Positions 17,630 through 26,789 of a stretch of 64,000 bases of DNA are shown here, piece by piece. The stretch comes from a virus. The stretch lies in IMG/VR virus record IMGVR_UViG_3300042557_001040, positions 1 to 64,000 of that record. One strand, written 5' to 3'. The translations under genes and the position numbers were made by a program. The notes under the pieces were generated by a model that was not told the DNA's origin, did not search any database, and worked only from the letters and a program-made list of their open reading frames with translations. Position 1 is the stretch's first letter. Each line of letters begins with the position of its first letter.

Positions 17630-17692
17630 CTAATCTTTTATTAAATGTATTGAAAATCCAAAATGATTTACAAAAGCCTTTTGTTTTGACAT
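17630..17692 (-). pseudogene. Possible truncated remnant of a third AFVRY-family paralog
   Basis: MSKQKAFVNHFGFSIHLIKD*; the first 8 aa resemble MKKRAFV. Confidence 0.3.
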
Positions 17693-17693
17693 C

Positions 17694-17765
17694 TCATTTT
17701 TTAGGTTTTGAAGGCTTGGATGGTTTACCACATCCACAACCATAAACAGCTGTACTCTTTATCAT
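17694..17765 (-). CDS. 23-aa Cys/Lys micro-protein
   Basis: MIKSTAVYGCGCGKPSKPSKPKK*; packed between co-oriented genes. Confidence 0.45.
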   Translation of the reverse strand: MIKSTAVYGCGCGKPSKPSKPKK

Positions 17766-17778
17766 ATATTTAGATTTT

Positions 17779-18408
17779 TTAATTGTACACTCTTATTTCT
17801 AAAGATGCATTTAATAAAGAACTATCTACTAAGTTGTCTTGTCTTGTTGCATATAACGGTTTACTAAACTGGTTATTATTATTAAAATAAGTCACTAATA
17901 CATCTTCTCTACCACTTGTTCCACTTACTATAACAATAAATGTTTTATCTGTAGTGAACAATTCAGAAGAATTAACTGAATACTGTCCAACATTATCATA
18001 AGTAAACCAAATATTTCCAATAGTATTTTCTAACACTGTTGCTACTGGGGCTCCTCCATTAAATTCTAGAATTCCAGTGTCCCAATTATTAGGAGTTGTT
18101 CCTGTAGCAACAAAATATGTTCCCACATTATTATTTGGTGCTCCTACATTTGTAAAATCAGCTATAGCACTATTGTTATTATAAATAAAATAAGTAACTC
18201 CTATTGTTAAATCTCCACCAGAAATACTACCTAGACTATTTCCACCATTCTGTGTTAATAAAGCTGTATATACTTTATATGTAGATGACGAATTATTATT
18301 AATCTGGTCTACCAGCTGATTTACATGTGCTATACGAGCTAATGCGTTATCTCCCACTGTTTTACTTAAGTAGGGATCAGGACTTTTGGGTTTAATTTTT
18401 TTTATCAT
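17779..18408 (-). CDS. Putative structural/tail-associated protein
   Basis: YKVYTALLTQ...PVATVLENTIG...LEIRVYN, a pattern I associate with Bacteroidota phage structural regions. Confidence 0.6.
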   Translation of the reverse strand: MIKKIKPKSPDPYLSKTVGDNALARIAHVNQLVDQINNNSSSTYKVYTALLTQNGGNSLGSISGGDLTIGVTYFIYNNNSAIADFTNVGAPNNNVGTYFVATGTTPNNWDTGILEFNGGAPVATVLENTIGNIWFTYDNVGQYSVNSSELFTTDKTFIVIVSGTSGREDVLVTYFNNNNQFSKPLYATRQDNLVDSSLLNASLEIRVYN

Positions 18409-18827
18409 ATTTTTGCAAGTTGAAAGTGCATACCATCTCTACGTCTCCATGTACCACCCCATTCAAATCCTGCGTCTGTAAAACACTTTACAAACCCAGG
18501 GGAAAGTCTTGGTCTACAACCAAAGCAGTTCCATGCTGCATTTACATCAACAGCTATACCCCAGCTGTGGAGACTCATTGTAAGACCAAATCTCTTCCTG
18601 CGAATGTTAAAACAACCATCCCATGTCTTCAGCTCTTTTACAAAACCTCTTGTAATAAGATTTTGTAATGCTGCACTGAGAGGTTTAATTAAGTCTTTAT
18701 TACAGAATATTCTTTTAGGAATGACTCCCACTTCTAAATTAGCAGGGACATCCCATGTAGTCATCCACCTATTCTTAAGTGAAGGAGCACCGTATTTCTT
18801 ATATGCTTGCTTACTGGTTACCATCAT
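18405..18827 (-). CDS. Endolysin, M15-family Zn peptidase
   Basis: SLHSWGIAVD and WGG.W...DGMHFQL motifs. Confidence 0.9.
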   Translation of the reverse strand: MMVTSKQAYKKYGAPSLKNRWMTTWDVPANLEVGVIPKRIFCNKDLIKPLSAALQNLITRGFVKELKTWDGCFNIRRKRFGLTMSLHSWGIAVDVNAAWNCFGCRPRLSPGFVKCFTDAGFEWGGTWRRRDGMHFQLAKI

Positions 18828-19246
18828 TTCGTTATTATAATCGTAACCAGTGCTATCAAACCCCCGGTTAAGAGAATATCTGTAAATTTTTTCTTTGTCT
18901 TATATTTCTTAAAGTCTTTAGAAAGGGTGGTGTAGTCTTTATTACATTCTGCTAAAAGAGAACTAAGAGCCTCTTTAGCAACCTTATCATTACCAATCTG
19001 TTCTAAATAATAAGATTCTTTTAACTGTTGTTTAGAAATGATGCTGTCTTTTACAGTGATCATCTTCATGTTTTCATTCACCTCAGATATTGCTAAACTG
19101 AGCATAGCATATGCAGAGTCTCCAGCAATGAGGTCTTCTGTAATTTGTTTTGCCACCTCTCCAGGTATGCATACAGACGGAGAAGGCTTTTGAGAAAAGC
19201 CTACTAATGAAAAACAGGTGAATATGGTGATTAAAATAAGTTTCAT
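18824..19246 (-). CDS. Spanin-like protein (signal, coiled coil, C-terminal TM)
   Basis: Hydrophobic N- and C-termini, coiled coil, adjacent to endolysin. Confidence 0.5.
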   Translation of the reverse strand: MKLILITIFTCFSLVGFSQKPSPSVCIPGEVAKQITEDLIAGDSAYAMLSLAISEVNENMKMITVKDSIISKQQLKESYYLEQIGNDKVAKEALSSLLAECNKDYTTLSKDFKKYKTKKKFTDILLTGGLIALVTIIITK

Positions 19247-19248
19247 AA

Positions 19249-19629
19249 TTAGTAATTGTATCTATTTTTTAAGAAGCTATCTGCTTGATCTACAGAAAAT
19301 CTTTTAGAAGCATCAATTTTATCATTGTAATATTCTCTTACAATAACCTTTGTCTTCTTTATATCTTTAATCTTCAGATCAATATCATTAATCCTGTTAT
19401 TATACTCTTGTGTAACACTATCTAATGTATTCTGTTTCTTTACAAGCTCTTGATTCACCAGATTAAGACTATCAATTCTTTGCTTAATCACTTCATTATC
19501 AACACGTTTCTCTCTTTTAGTGAAAATAAACAGAAGTAGATATATAACAAGCAACACCCCAGCAACCACGCCTAATATGGTGAGCAGATTGCTTTTAGGT
19601 TTAGGAAAGTAAATATTTGGTGTTTCCAT
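19249..19629 (-). CDS. Inner-membrane spanin-like protein
   Basis: One N-terminal TM followed by coiled coil; lysis cassette context. Confidence 0.5.
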   Translation of the reverse strand: METPNIYFPKPKSNLLTILGVVAGVLLVIYLLLFIFTKREKRVDNEVIKQRIDSLNLVNQELVKKQNTLDSVTQEYNNRINDIDLKIKDIKKTKVIVREYYNDKIDASKRFSVDQADSFLKNRYNY

Positions 19630-19632
19630 AAA

Positions 19633-19815
19633 TTATGAATGAACTGCTTTTACAACATCTCCTGTTCTATAGACATCTCCATTTTTTAAACCACCTGCTT
19701 TTGCTGCTGCATTATTTGCATATTCAGGAAGATTATTAAATTTTCCAAGAAGTCTTTTTACTTTATTTGTAAGCCAGTCAAGCCTACCAAATATATCTGA
19801 AGAAATAGGGTTCAT
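19633..19815 (-). CDS. Small fibre-tip-like motif protein
   Basis: LPEYANNAAAKAGGLKNGDVYRTG motif, typical of phage fibre C-termini. Confidence 0.6.
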   Translation of the reverse strand: MNPISSDIFGRLDWLTNKVKRLLGKFNNLPEYANNAAAKAGGLKNGDVYRTGDVVKAVHS

Positions 19816-19816
19816 A

Positions 19817-20119
19817 TTAACTTATTTTAGGGACATATTTCTTTACATCATATATATCCTCATGTTTAAAGTATAGTTTATCCATATCTGGATTAACATA
19901 AGTGATTTTTCTAGGAGCAGAAGGCCCATAAAGCATCCTTTCTAGGTTTTCTATCTTGGTTTTGTCTATACTAGACTGAGATAATAGTGCCTTTACATCT
20001 GACCTAAGCTCAGATACATCTCGCCATATCATCATGGCAAGTATGGTTACAAGGGTTGGAAACAAATACGCCTTAATAGACGTAAGAATGGCAGAGTTTT
20101 TTTCGAATTCTCTTGTCAT
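19817..20119 (-). CDS. Single-TM protein, holin/antiholin candidate
   Basis: TM helix YLFPTLVTILAMMIW plus short coiled coil; first gene of the lysis unit. Confidence 0.55.
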   Translation of the reverse strand: MTREFEKNSAILTSIKAYLFPTLVTILAMMIWRDVSELRSDVKALLSQSSIDKTKIENLERMLYGPSAPRKITYVNPDMDKLYFKHEDIYDVKKYVPKIS

Positions 20120-20166
20120 TTCAAAACCAATTTTATACCTTTACAAACATTTTTTTCAACAAAAGA

Positions 20167-20284
20167 CTGCTTAACCGAGCTAAAGTCCTGATTTACAATG
20201 AGTTATATTGCAGCATCAAGAATAAATGCAGGTTAATTAGAACTTCTTAACCCAGGACTTGTAAGAGTATAGCTCGGTTAGCAG
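20167..20284 (-). ncRNA. Candidate structured RNA (extended stem plus four-way junction)
   Basis: Nested inverted repeats of 15 bp and 8 bp enclosing three hairpins; two G-U wobbles form only on the - strand. Confidence 0.6.
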
Positions 20285-20294
20285 GTTCTATTCT

Positions 20295-20310
20295 ACAATA
20301 TAATATACTA
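20295..20310 (-). promoter_or_regulatory. Putative late promoter (GTATATTATATT)
   Basis: Shared motif immediately upstream of the structured RNA and lysis/structural unit. Confidence 0.5.
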
Positions 20311-20355
20311 AATTTTTGACAAACCTCCATCTATAATCCTTAAATTTTATCAATT

Positions 20356-20760
20356 ATGACCCTCAATCAAGAAGAAGTGTTGGCAGTTGAAGACTTTAAA
20401 CGGGACTTCAGTGCAAAATTTGGGTATGTCCCACTAATAACTATAGAAAAAACACCAGAAAAAGTAATGCCTTTAAGTGAGCTTGAAGAATTTTTTAAGC
20501 CTTTTATTGCCAGAAAGTATGATAAAAAGATCACACTAAGCTCCAATCTTAGAGATAGAGAGCTTGTTGAGTATAAGATTATTTATTCCATGATGGCAAA
20601 AGAACTAGGATACACCCTCACAGCAATAGCAAAACATCTTAAAAAAGATCACACAACAATCGTTCATTATAATAAGACTTTTAGAAATCTTATGGCAACA
20701 TCAGACTTATTTAATGAAAAGTATAACGAAGTGGTTGTTTATATAAAATCATCTAAATGA
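20356..20760 (+). CDS. DnaA C-terminal (domain IV)-like HTH protein
   Basis: LGYTLTAIAKHLKKDHTTIVH matches the Bac_DnaA_C signature. Confidence 0.75.
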   Translation: MTLNQEEVLAVEDFKRDFSAKFGYVPLITIEKTPEKVMPLSELEEFFKPFIARKYDKKITLSSNLRDRELVEYKIIYSMMAKELGYTLTAIAKHLKKDHTTIVHYNKTFRNLMATSDLFNEKYNEVVVYIKSSK

Positions 20761-21338
20761 TGGAAAGCTTAAAAGTATGGAACGTTGCAGTGAAATATAA
20801 TATGAGTCCAAATCAGTTATATTTTCTTGATTGCTGCAGATATAAAATTAAACCCTCCAAATTAATTAATGAGGAGGCTGAAAAGATGATATGTATACAA
20901 AAAGGCTTTATTGACCTTGATTGCCATCTTTCTATTACAGCAACTCAAATGTTGGCTGAATATGACACCTTCCTTGATAAAACAAAGAAGAAGGTGGCTA
21001 AAGAAGTGCTTGGAGAAAACTTTATGGAAAAGGTAAACACCTATAGACAACTCTTTCCAAAAATAAGATTTCCTTCTGGTTCACTAGCCAGACAATCAAC
21101 CAATGAACTAAAGGACAAGTTTATATGGTTCTTTAAAACATTCCCAGAATATGATTGGGAATTAGTGTTTGACGCAACAGACTATTATTTATATTTAAAA
21201 AAACAAGTTGATTACCAATATGCCGTAACAAGTAGCTATTTTATAAAAAAGACAGAAACATTAACTAAAGAAACAAAATCCATTCTTGCTGATTATTGTC
21301 AGCAACTATTGGATGATCCCAATTTATTATCTTCTTAA
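20757..21338 (+). CDS. Hypothetical protein, possible replication initiator/helicase loader
   Basis: YRQLFP...YFIKK pattern; located upstream of DnaB. Confidence 0.55.
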   Translation: MMESLKVWNVAVKYNMSPNQLYFLDCCRYKIKPSKLINEEAEKMICIQKGFIDLDCHLSITATQMLAEYDTFLDKTKKKVAKEVLGENFMEKVNTYRQLFPKIRFPSGSLARQSTNELKDKFIWFFKTFPEYDWELVFDATDYYLYLKKQVDYQYAVTSSYFIKKTETLTKETKSILADYCQQLLDDPNLLSS

Positions 21339-21345
21339 AAAGTTT

Positions 21346-21534
21346 ATGGAAAAAAAGATTCACATGTTACTGATTTCCATATTGTTATCAGTTACAGCTT
21401 GGCTATTCATTGATTCATTTATAGTGAGTGTTGGTTTTTTTAGATATTTAATTATTGAACTCTTCTTACTAGGAATGAACAAACTAAGTATTTACATTTT
21501 TAAAAAATATCAACTTTATGACAAAGATGAATGA
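21346..21534 (+). CDS. Small two-TM membrane protein
   Basis: Hydrophobic 62-aa ORF from ATG 21346. Confidence 0.6.
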   Translation: MEKKIHMLLISILLSVTAWLFIDSFIVSVGFFRYLIIELFLLGMNKLSIYIFKKYQLYDKDE

Positions 21535-21724
21535 AGAACACATCAAAATACTATACGATGTGTTTACAGTGTCTAGCACTTCAACACAAGATTTCCGTTG
21601 TTTAAATTATGAAATGTTTGAACTGCTGGCTAACAAAATTTATGAAATTGGATATTTACAAGGAAATTTAGAAGGACTGGGTAGATCTAAAGAAATTCTT
21701 GAAGAGCTTATTGATAAAAAATAA
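21518..21724 (+). CDS. Hypothetical protein
   Basis: Short ORF in the operon. Confidence 0.6.
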   Translation: MTKMNEEHIKILYDVFTVSSTSTQDFRCLNYEMFELLANKIYEIGYLQGNLEGLGRSKEILEELIDKK

Positions 21725-21727
21725 TAA

Positions 21728-22777
21728 ATGTCTATAGGAATTAAACATCTTTTTGGAGGTAAATTGTATTCTGAAATACTTTCAGAAGGCTTAGTGTATA
21801 TAGAAGACAGGATGAGAGGTAGAGTTAAGTCTTTTAAAACTCCTTGGGTGGGGTTGAACAAGGCTGGCGTAGGAGGATTGGAATGGGGTTCAATGATAAC
21901 CATAGGTGCAAGACCTGGGTCAGGTAAGACATTGATTGTCAGCCAAATACTCAGGGAATGCAGAACACTCAATCCTTTACAACACTTTAACATCCTTGAA
22001 TTTCAGTTTGAGATGGGTGCAAAGCAGGTTTCAGCTAGAGATTTTGTAGCTAAAACTGCACTTGATTATAACACTGTTTTAAGTACGGATGGACAGCTTG
22101 ATGATTATCATTTTCAAATGATGAAGCAATATCAAGAAGACTGTAAAAATCTTGAACAAAGAGGTGTTCTAAGAGTGCAAGTAAATAATGCTCTCACCCA
22201 TCAAGAGATAAGAGAAACAATTATTCATTATTACAAGGAGCTTGGTGGTAAGCCTCTGGTTGTCACTGTGGACCATAGCTGGCTCATCAAGAAGGGAAAA
22301 GATGAAAAAGAAAAAATAAGCACTCTATACAATGCTGTAGAAATGTTTATGCAGCTTAAAAATCAGCTCCCCATCATTGTGATTATGATTACACAGCTTA
22401 ACAGAACTATTGAAGAACCTTCTAGAAGAGTGCAAGGCTCTATAGCAAACTATCCCACCAGCTCAGATATATTTGGTGGTGATGCTTTGATGCAAGGTTC
22501 TGACATGGTTGTGGTTTTAAGCAGACCTTCTATATTAAATATAGGAGTGTATGGTCCAAGTGGCTATCTTGTAAAGTCAGATGATATCTTTATGCACCTG
22601 ATCAAGGTGAGAAATGGTGCAGACGATGTAAACATTCTTTACATGAAAGCTGAGTTTAAAAACCAAAGAATGATAGAAGTTTCTGAACCCACTGCCTCTA
22701 ATCCTGGAGGTATGGGATTCACCAGAAGATCACAACGAACCACTACATCTACAGACATAGATGTTAGTGATATTTAA
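21728..22777 (+). CDS. dnaB: Replicative DnaB-like (SF4) helicase
   Basis: GARPGSGKT, FEM, VDH, TQLNR, SDMVV, KVRNG motifs. Confidence 0.92.
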   Translation: MSIGIKHLFGGKLYSEILSEGLVYIEDRMRGRVKSFKTPWVGLNKAGVGGLEWGSMITIGARPGSGKTLIVSQILRECRTLNPLQHFNILEFQFEMGAKQVSARDFVAKTALDYNTVLSTDGQLDDYHFQMMKQYQEDCKNLEQRGVLRVQVNNALTHQEIRETIIHYYKELGGKPLVVTVDHSWLIKKGKDEKEKISTLYNAVEMFMQLKNQLPIIVIMITQLNRTIEEPSRRVQGSIANYPTSSDIFGGDALMQGSDMVVVLSRPSILNIGVYGPSGYLVKSDDIFMHLIKVRNGADDVNILYMKAEFKNQRMIEVSEPTASNPGGMGFTRRSQRTTTSTDIDVSDI

Positions 22778-22794
22778 AAACTAAAAATTGTGTT

Positions 22795-23385
22795 ATGAGT
22801 AGTCAAACCGCTGAACAAAAAAGAAAAGAAGAAAAACTAGAAGCTATTAGAAGCTACCATGCGCCTTTAATTAAAGATTTGGGAATTGATAAGAAAAACT
22901 TTCAAATGAAGTCTCCCAAAGTTGTTAATGGTGTAAGGTGTGTACAGCTTTACGATAGTGAATTTCTTAAAAAAGATGGATTTTACTTTGAATTAATACA
23001 CGGAGGTTTGGAGCCAATAGATCCAAATAGAACTGTATACAGAATTCAATATAACCCCAACTTTAGAGAGGAATATGATGAGTTTAAGATTGTAAAATAT
23101 GATGAGGTTAAAAAAGAGGAAAAGATTTTAATTGTATACAACGTACCTTTAGAAGAAGCAATTATTGTAGATCCTTATTCTGCAGCAATAAGCAAGGGGT
23201 CCTCTATTGTTATAGATGACAAAGAAAAAAGTTTGAAAGAGTATGGGAATTTTAAAAATAATCCTGTATCTTTGGAAGACCAGCCCTTCAGTGAAATGAC
23301 CATCAGAGATTACATGGCTATCCACACAGGCAAGCCCGTGAGTTTAAAAGGTTGGCTCAACGCCTTAATAAAAAACACACTATAA
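22795..23385 (+). CDS. Hypothetical protein
   Basis: 196-aa ORF; C-terminal MTIRDYMAIH motif. Confidence 0.75.
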   Translation: MSSQTAEQKRKEEKLEAIRSYHAPLIKDLGIDKKNFQMKSPKVVNGVRCVQLYDSEFLKKDGFYFELIHGGLEPIDPNRTVYRIQYNPNFREEYDEFKIVKYDEVKKEEKILIVYNVPLEEAIIVDPYSAAISKGSSIVIDDKEKSLKEYGNFKNNPVSLEDQPFSEMTIRDYMAIHTGKPVSLKGWLNALIKNTL

Positions 23386-24069
23386 ATGGCTCACAGCATT
23401 CTTGTAATTGCAGAATCAGGTTGTGGAAAATCAACCTCTATAGAAAATTTGGACCCAAAAGAAACATTCATCATCAATGTAGCCAACAAACCCTTGCCTT
23501 TCAAAGGATGGAAGAAGAAGTATTCCATTTGGAGCAAGGATAATGTTGGAGGCAATATGTATGATAAGTCTAGCGTTTCCAACATTGAAGCTTGTATTAA
23601 GTATGTAAATGACAAGCGTCCTGAAATTAAAAATCTCATTGTTGATGACTTTCAATACATGAGTTCATTTGAGTTCTTTGACAGGTCAGATGAGAAAGGC
23701 TATGAAAAATTCACTCAGATTGGTGCAGGACTTGCAAGGATAGCAAGAATGCCCAAAGACATGAGAGAAGACCTCATGGTATTTTTTCTTACGCATGCTG
23801 AAGAAGGCTCAGATATGGAAGGAAAGAAGAGATATAAGGCCAAGACAATTGGTAGAATGGTAGATGAAAAACTTACATTGGAAGGTTTGTTTTCTATTGT
23901 GCTGTTTGGAAAAGTGAAGAAAGACAAAGATGGCAACATCCGTTATGTGTTTGAAACACAAAACAATGGTGAGAATACTTGTAAGTCTCCTAAAGGGATG
24001 TTTCCAACATTTGAAATTGTAAATGACCTTGCTTATGTAAGAGAGTCTATTTTGAATTACGAATCATAA
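23386..24069 (+). CDS. AAA_24 / Sak4-like ATPase
   Basis: AESGCGKST, KPLPF, IVDDFQY, KTIG, EGLF, KSPKGMF. Confidence 0.88.
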   Translation: MAHSILVIAESGCGKSTSIENLDPKETFIINVANKPLPFKGWKKKYSIWSKDNVGGNMYDKSSVSNIEACIKYVNDKRPEIKNLIVDDFQYMSSFEFFDRSDEKGYEKFTQIGAGLARIARMPKDMREDLMVFFLTHAEEGSDMEGKKRYKAKTIGRMVDEKLTLEGLFSIVLFGKVKKDKDGNIRYVFETQNNGENTCKSPKGMFPTFEIVNDLAYVRESILNYES

Positions 24070-24095
24070 TCTATTAAAATTTAAATCTTAACAAC

Positions 24096-24704
24096 ATGTT
24101 TAACACAAAAGGACAAGAAATTAAAACTGGTGGAGGAACACAAAAAAGTTTACAACCAGGTGTAGTGTATGCACACATTTATGATGCACAAGTTAGAACT
24201 GCTAAGAGTGGCAAAAAAGCTCTTGAGCTTACATTGGAAGGCCCTGCAATGGAAAACTTTGAAGGCTGGGCTGTAGATAGAAACAACATTGAGGGTGAGA
24301 AGTTTAAAGGTCAGTCTGCCAAAGTTATGGCAACTATTTATACAGATGACTTTAACTCCCAAAGTCCTGCTAAAAATGACATTCTTTATAAACTTTTGTT
24401 TATTGCCTCTGAGCTTGGTCTTAGAGATGATCTAGATGGTATCACAAGCAACACCATTGAAGAGTGGGTTAAAGAAGCAATTAACATTCTTAAGAATAAG
24501 AATCTTTATTTCTTCTTGAAAGGCACTGAGGAAGAATATAATGGCAAAACCATTATTAAACTGTCCCTGCCTAAGTTTAAGTTTGCCTCTTCTGAAAAGG
24601 ATGGCTTGGATGCATTTGATAAGAACAATCAATATCATTATAAAGCTCTTCAAAATAAACCCATCTCTGGTTTTGAACCAGCAGCAGATGACTTTGAAAT
24701 GTAA
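24096..24704 (+). CDS. Putative single-stranded DNA-binding protein
   Basis: Follows the AAA_24 gene; beta-rich with acidic-aromatic tail ADDFEM. Confidence 0.55.
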   Translation: MFNTKGQEIKTGGGTQKSLQPGVVYAHIYDAQVRTAKSGKKALELTLEGPAMENFEGWAVDRNNIEGEKFKGQSAKVMATIYTDDFNSQSPAKNDILYKLLFIASELGLRDDLDGITSNTIEEWVKEAINILKNKNLYFFLKGTEEEYNGKTIIKLSLPKFKFASSEKDGLDAFDKNNQYHYKALQNKPISGFEPAADDFEM

Positions 24705-24729
24705 GGGTTAGTGTTTTATCATTTTTTAT

Positions 24730-24757
24730 GGGGAGTGTTTCTACACTCCCCTTTTTT
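24730..24757 (+). terminator. Intrinsic terminator
   Basis: GGGGAGTGT-TTCT-ACACTCCCC-TTTTTT; followed by a TAAATTTG box at 24762. Confidence 0.85.
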
Positions 24758-24768
24758 ATTCTAAATTT

Positions 24769-25749
24769 GTGTCCATGTTTAAAACAAAGAACTTGGTACA
24801 TAATGTAAAGGATGTACCAATAAAATGGATATTTGAACATTTCTGCAAGTTGAATGAGAAACTCAGCGGGCAAGATGTAAAAATTAAGTCTTTATTTAAT
24901 CCTGCAGAACGTACCCCTAGCATGTGCATTTTCTTTAATGATACACATGGTGGGTATAGATATAAAGATTTCTCTACAGGGAAGGGTGGTTCTGCTATGG
25001 ATTTGGTAAAAGAACTTTATTCTTTATCTTTTCATAAGGCTTGTGAGTTTATTGTAGAAAGTTATAATGACTTTGTACTACATAACAATGGAGGCTATGA
25101 TGTCCAAGAATTTGTAAAGCAAAGTAAATATAAGGTTACTAGTTATAAGGTGAGAAGCTGGTCTACACAAGATCAGTATTTTTGGACTCAGTTTAACATT
25201 GGTTCTAAGATTCTTGAAAAGCATCATGTCAAGCCTCTGGAAAACTACTTTATGACCAAAGATGAAAAAGAACTTTGTATAAAAGGACTCTACATCTATG
25301 GTTATTTTAAGGAGGACGGTTCTCTCTATAAGATATATCAGCCTAAAACCCTTGATAAAAAATTCATCAAGGTGGCTAGCTATGTCCAAGGATGGGAACA
25401 GCTAGAGAAACATGATCACCTGCTTATTACATCCAGTCTTAAAGATGTAATGGCCATTAAATCTCTTAAGCTTAAGATAGATGTTATAGCTCCTGATAGT
25501 GAAAATACAATATTAAAGGAAGACATAATACAATCTATTAAAAAGAGATTTAAGAAAGTGATTGTGATGTTTGACAATGATGAAGCAGGAATAAAAGCCA
25601 TGCAGAGTTATAAAGAAAAACATCCATTTATAGAAATAACACTTCTTCCAATGAGTAAAGATGTTTCAGATAGCATTAAAGATTTTGGAGCTAAGGAGGT
25701 TTTAAACAAATTAGTGCCTATCTTAGATAAAAAAATCAATAATGGCTAA
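24769..25749 (+). CDS. dnaG: DNA primase (degenerate Zn-binding domain plus Toprim)
   Basis: ERTPSM...YKDFSTGKGG; ITSSLKDVM, APDSEN, FDNDEAG, KDVSD. Confidence 0.9.
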   Translation: MSMFKTKNLVHNVKDVPIKWIFEHFCKLNEKLSGQDVKIKSLFNPAERTPSMCIFFNDTHGGYRYKDFSTGKGGSAMDLVKELYSLSFHKACEFIVESYNDFVLHNNGGYDVQEFVKQSKYKVTSYKVRSWSTQDQYFWTQFNIGSKILEKHHVKPLENYFMTKDEKELCIKGLYIYGYFKEDGSLYKIYQPKTLDKKFIKVASYVQGWEQLEKHDHLLITSSLKDVMAIKSLKLKIDVIAPDSENTILKEDIIQSIKKRFKKVIVMFDNDEAGIKAMQSYKEKHPFIEITLLPMSKDVSDSIKDFGAKEVLNKLVPILDKKINNG

Positions 25750-26128
25750 GAAAAAACGCATTGTGACCCCCAAACCCAGAAATGCTGGCACCATGACGGA
25801 GTCAGCTTTCTGGTCTTTTATTAGGAGTGCTCTTAGGCAGAAGAGTAGATGGTGGAAGCCTATTACACAATGCAAGATGAAGTCACGCAGACCTTATAAA
25901 GGACCAAATAAAAGACAAAAGTTTGAATACCAATGCAAACAATGCTCTAACTGGTTTCCTGATAAGAAGGTAAATGTGGACCACATCATACCTGCTGGTA
26001 CATTAAGATGTGCTCAAGACCTTCCAGGGTTTGTAGAGAGGTTATTTTGTGAAGTGGGCAATCTACAGGTGCTCTGCACTACATGCCACGATAAAAAAAC
26101 AAAAGATGAAAAGTCCAAAAACGTATGA
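25742..26128 (+). CDS. HNH endonuclease
   Basis: YQCKQC...VDHIIP...NLQVLCTTCHDKKT. Confidence 0.88.
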   Translation: MAKKKRIVTPKPRNAGTMTESAFWSFIRSALRQKSRWWKPITQCKMKSRRPYKGPNKRQKFEYQCKQCSNWFPDKKVNVDHIIPAGTLRCAQDLPGFVERLFCEVGNLQVLCTTCHDKKTKDEKSKNV

Positions 26129-26294
26129 GGATCTTATAGAAACTGTATTAAAACAAATTGAATTAGATGTACACTGTGGAGATGTGGAAGCTATAGAAGA
26201 ACTGCTTGAGTTCTGCCCTATACAAAACCTTATAGCCTATTTACCAGAAGAAGATTGGAAAAAATTTAAACATTTAGACAATGAAACTAACTAA
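26106..26294 (+). CDS. Hypothetical protein
   Basis: MKSPKTYEDL...YLPEEDW. Confidence 0.6.
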   Translation: MKSPKTYEDLIETVLKQIELDVHCGDVEAIEELLEFCPIQNLIAYLPEEDWKKFKHLDNETN

Positions 26295-26439
26295 AGAAGA
26301 AGTGAAAGCTTTAAGGCTTTACTTGGATGAAACAACTATTAACATCACAAGTCTTATAAAGAAAATAGGGCTTGTTAATGTTAGACAATTTGAAAAAGTG
26401 ATTGATAAAATTTACAAGGAAGATGGCACAATTGCATGA
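26281..26439 (+). CDS. Hypothetical small protein (52 aa)
   Basis: Manual translation MKLTKEEVKALRLYL...; fills the gap with overlaps. Confidence 0.55.
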   Translation: MKLTKEEVKALRLYLDETTINITSLIKKIGLVNVRQFEKVIDKIYKEDGTIA

Positions 26440-26626
26440 GACCCTAATGGGTAGAAAACTTATAGAAAGTACACTGCCTAGAATTGCTGATGCTTTAGAA
26501 GAAATCGCACGTCAGCTTAAACTAGCAAATAGAGAAAAAGAAGAACAATGGAAACAAGAAGCCTACTGGGAAGAAATGGAAAGAAAACTCAGTGAGCAAA
26601 GAGATGATTTAGTTATTCCCTTTTAA
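26423..26626 (+). CDS. Hypothetical protein
   Basis: MAQLHETLMGRKLIESTLPRIADALE. Confidence 0.65.
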   Translation: MAQLHETLMGRKLIESTLPRIADALEEIARQLKLANREKEEQWKQEAYWEEMERKLSEQRDDLVIPF

Positions 26627-26636
26627 ATTATACACT

Positions 26637-26789
26637 ATGCCAGAAGAATTAGTTTTGTTAGACCCCATCAATGTTCAATCACTTATAGAGTTTTTAGAGT
26701 ATGAAGAAGGCTATACAAAAGACCCTGAGACAGCAAAAAGAATTAGAGAACTATTAATTAAATTAAACATATGGAACTTGAACAGTTAA
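26637..26789 (+). CDS. Hypothetical small protein (50 aa)
   Basis: Manual translation MPEELVLLDPINVQSLIEFL... Confidence 0.55.
   Translation: MPEELVLLDPINVQSLIEFLEYEEGYTKDPETAKRIRELLIKLNIWNLNS

Noticed and set aside
20183-20260. Inner cloverleaf as a true tRNA gene
   Set aside because: No T-loop TTCRA, D-loop GG or CCA end, and arm spacing is wrong; kept as an unknown ncRNA candidate.
25742-26128. HNH gene as a mobile homing endonuclease
   Set aside because: Short stand-alone HNH in the replication operon with no intron context or extra DNA-binding domain.
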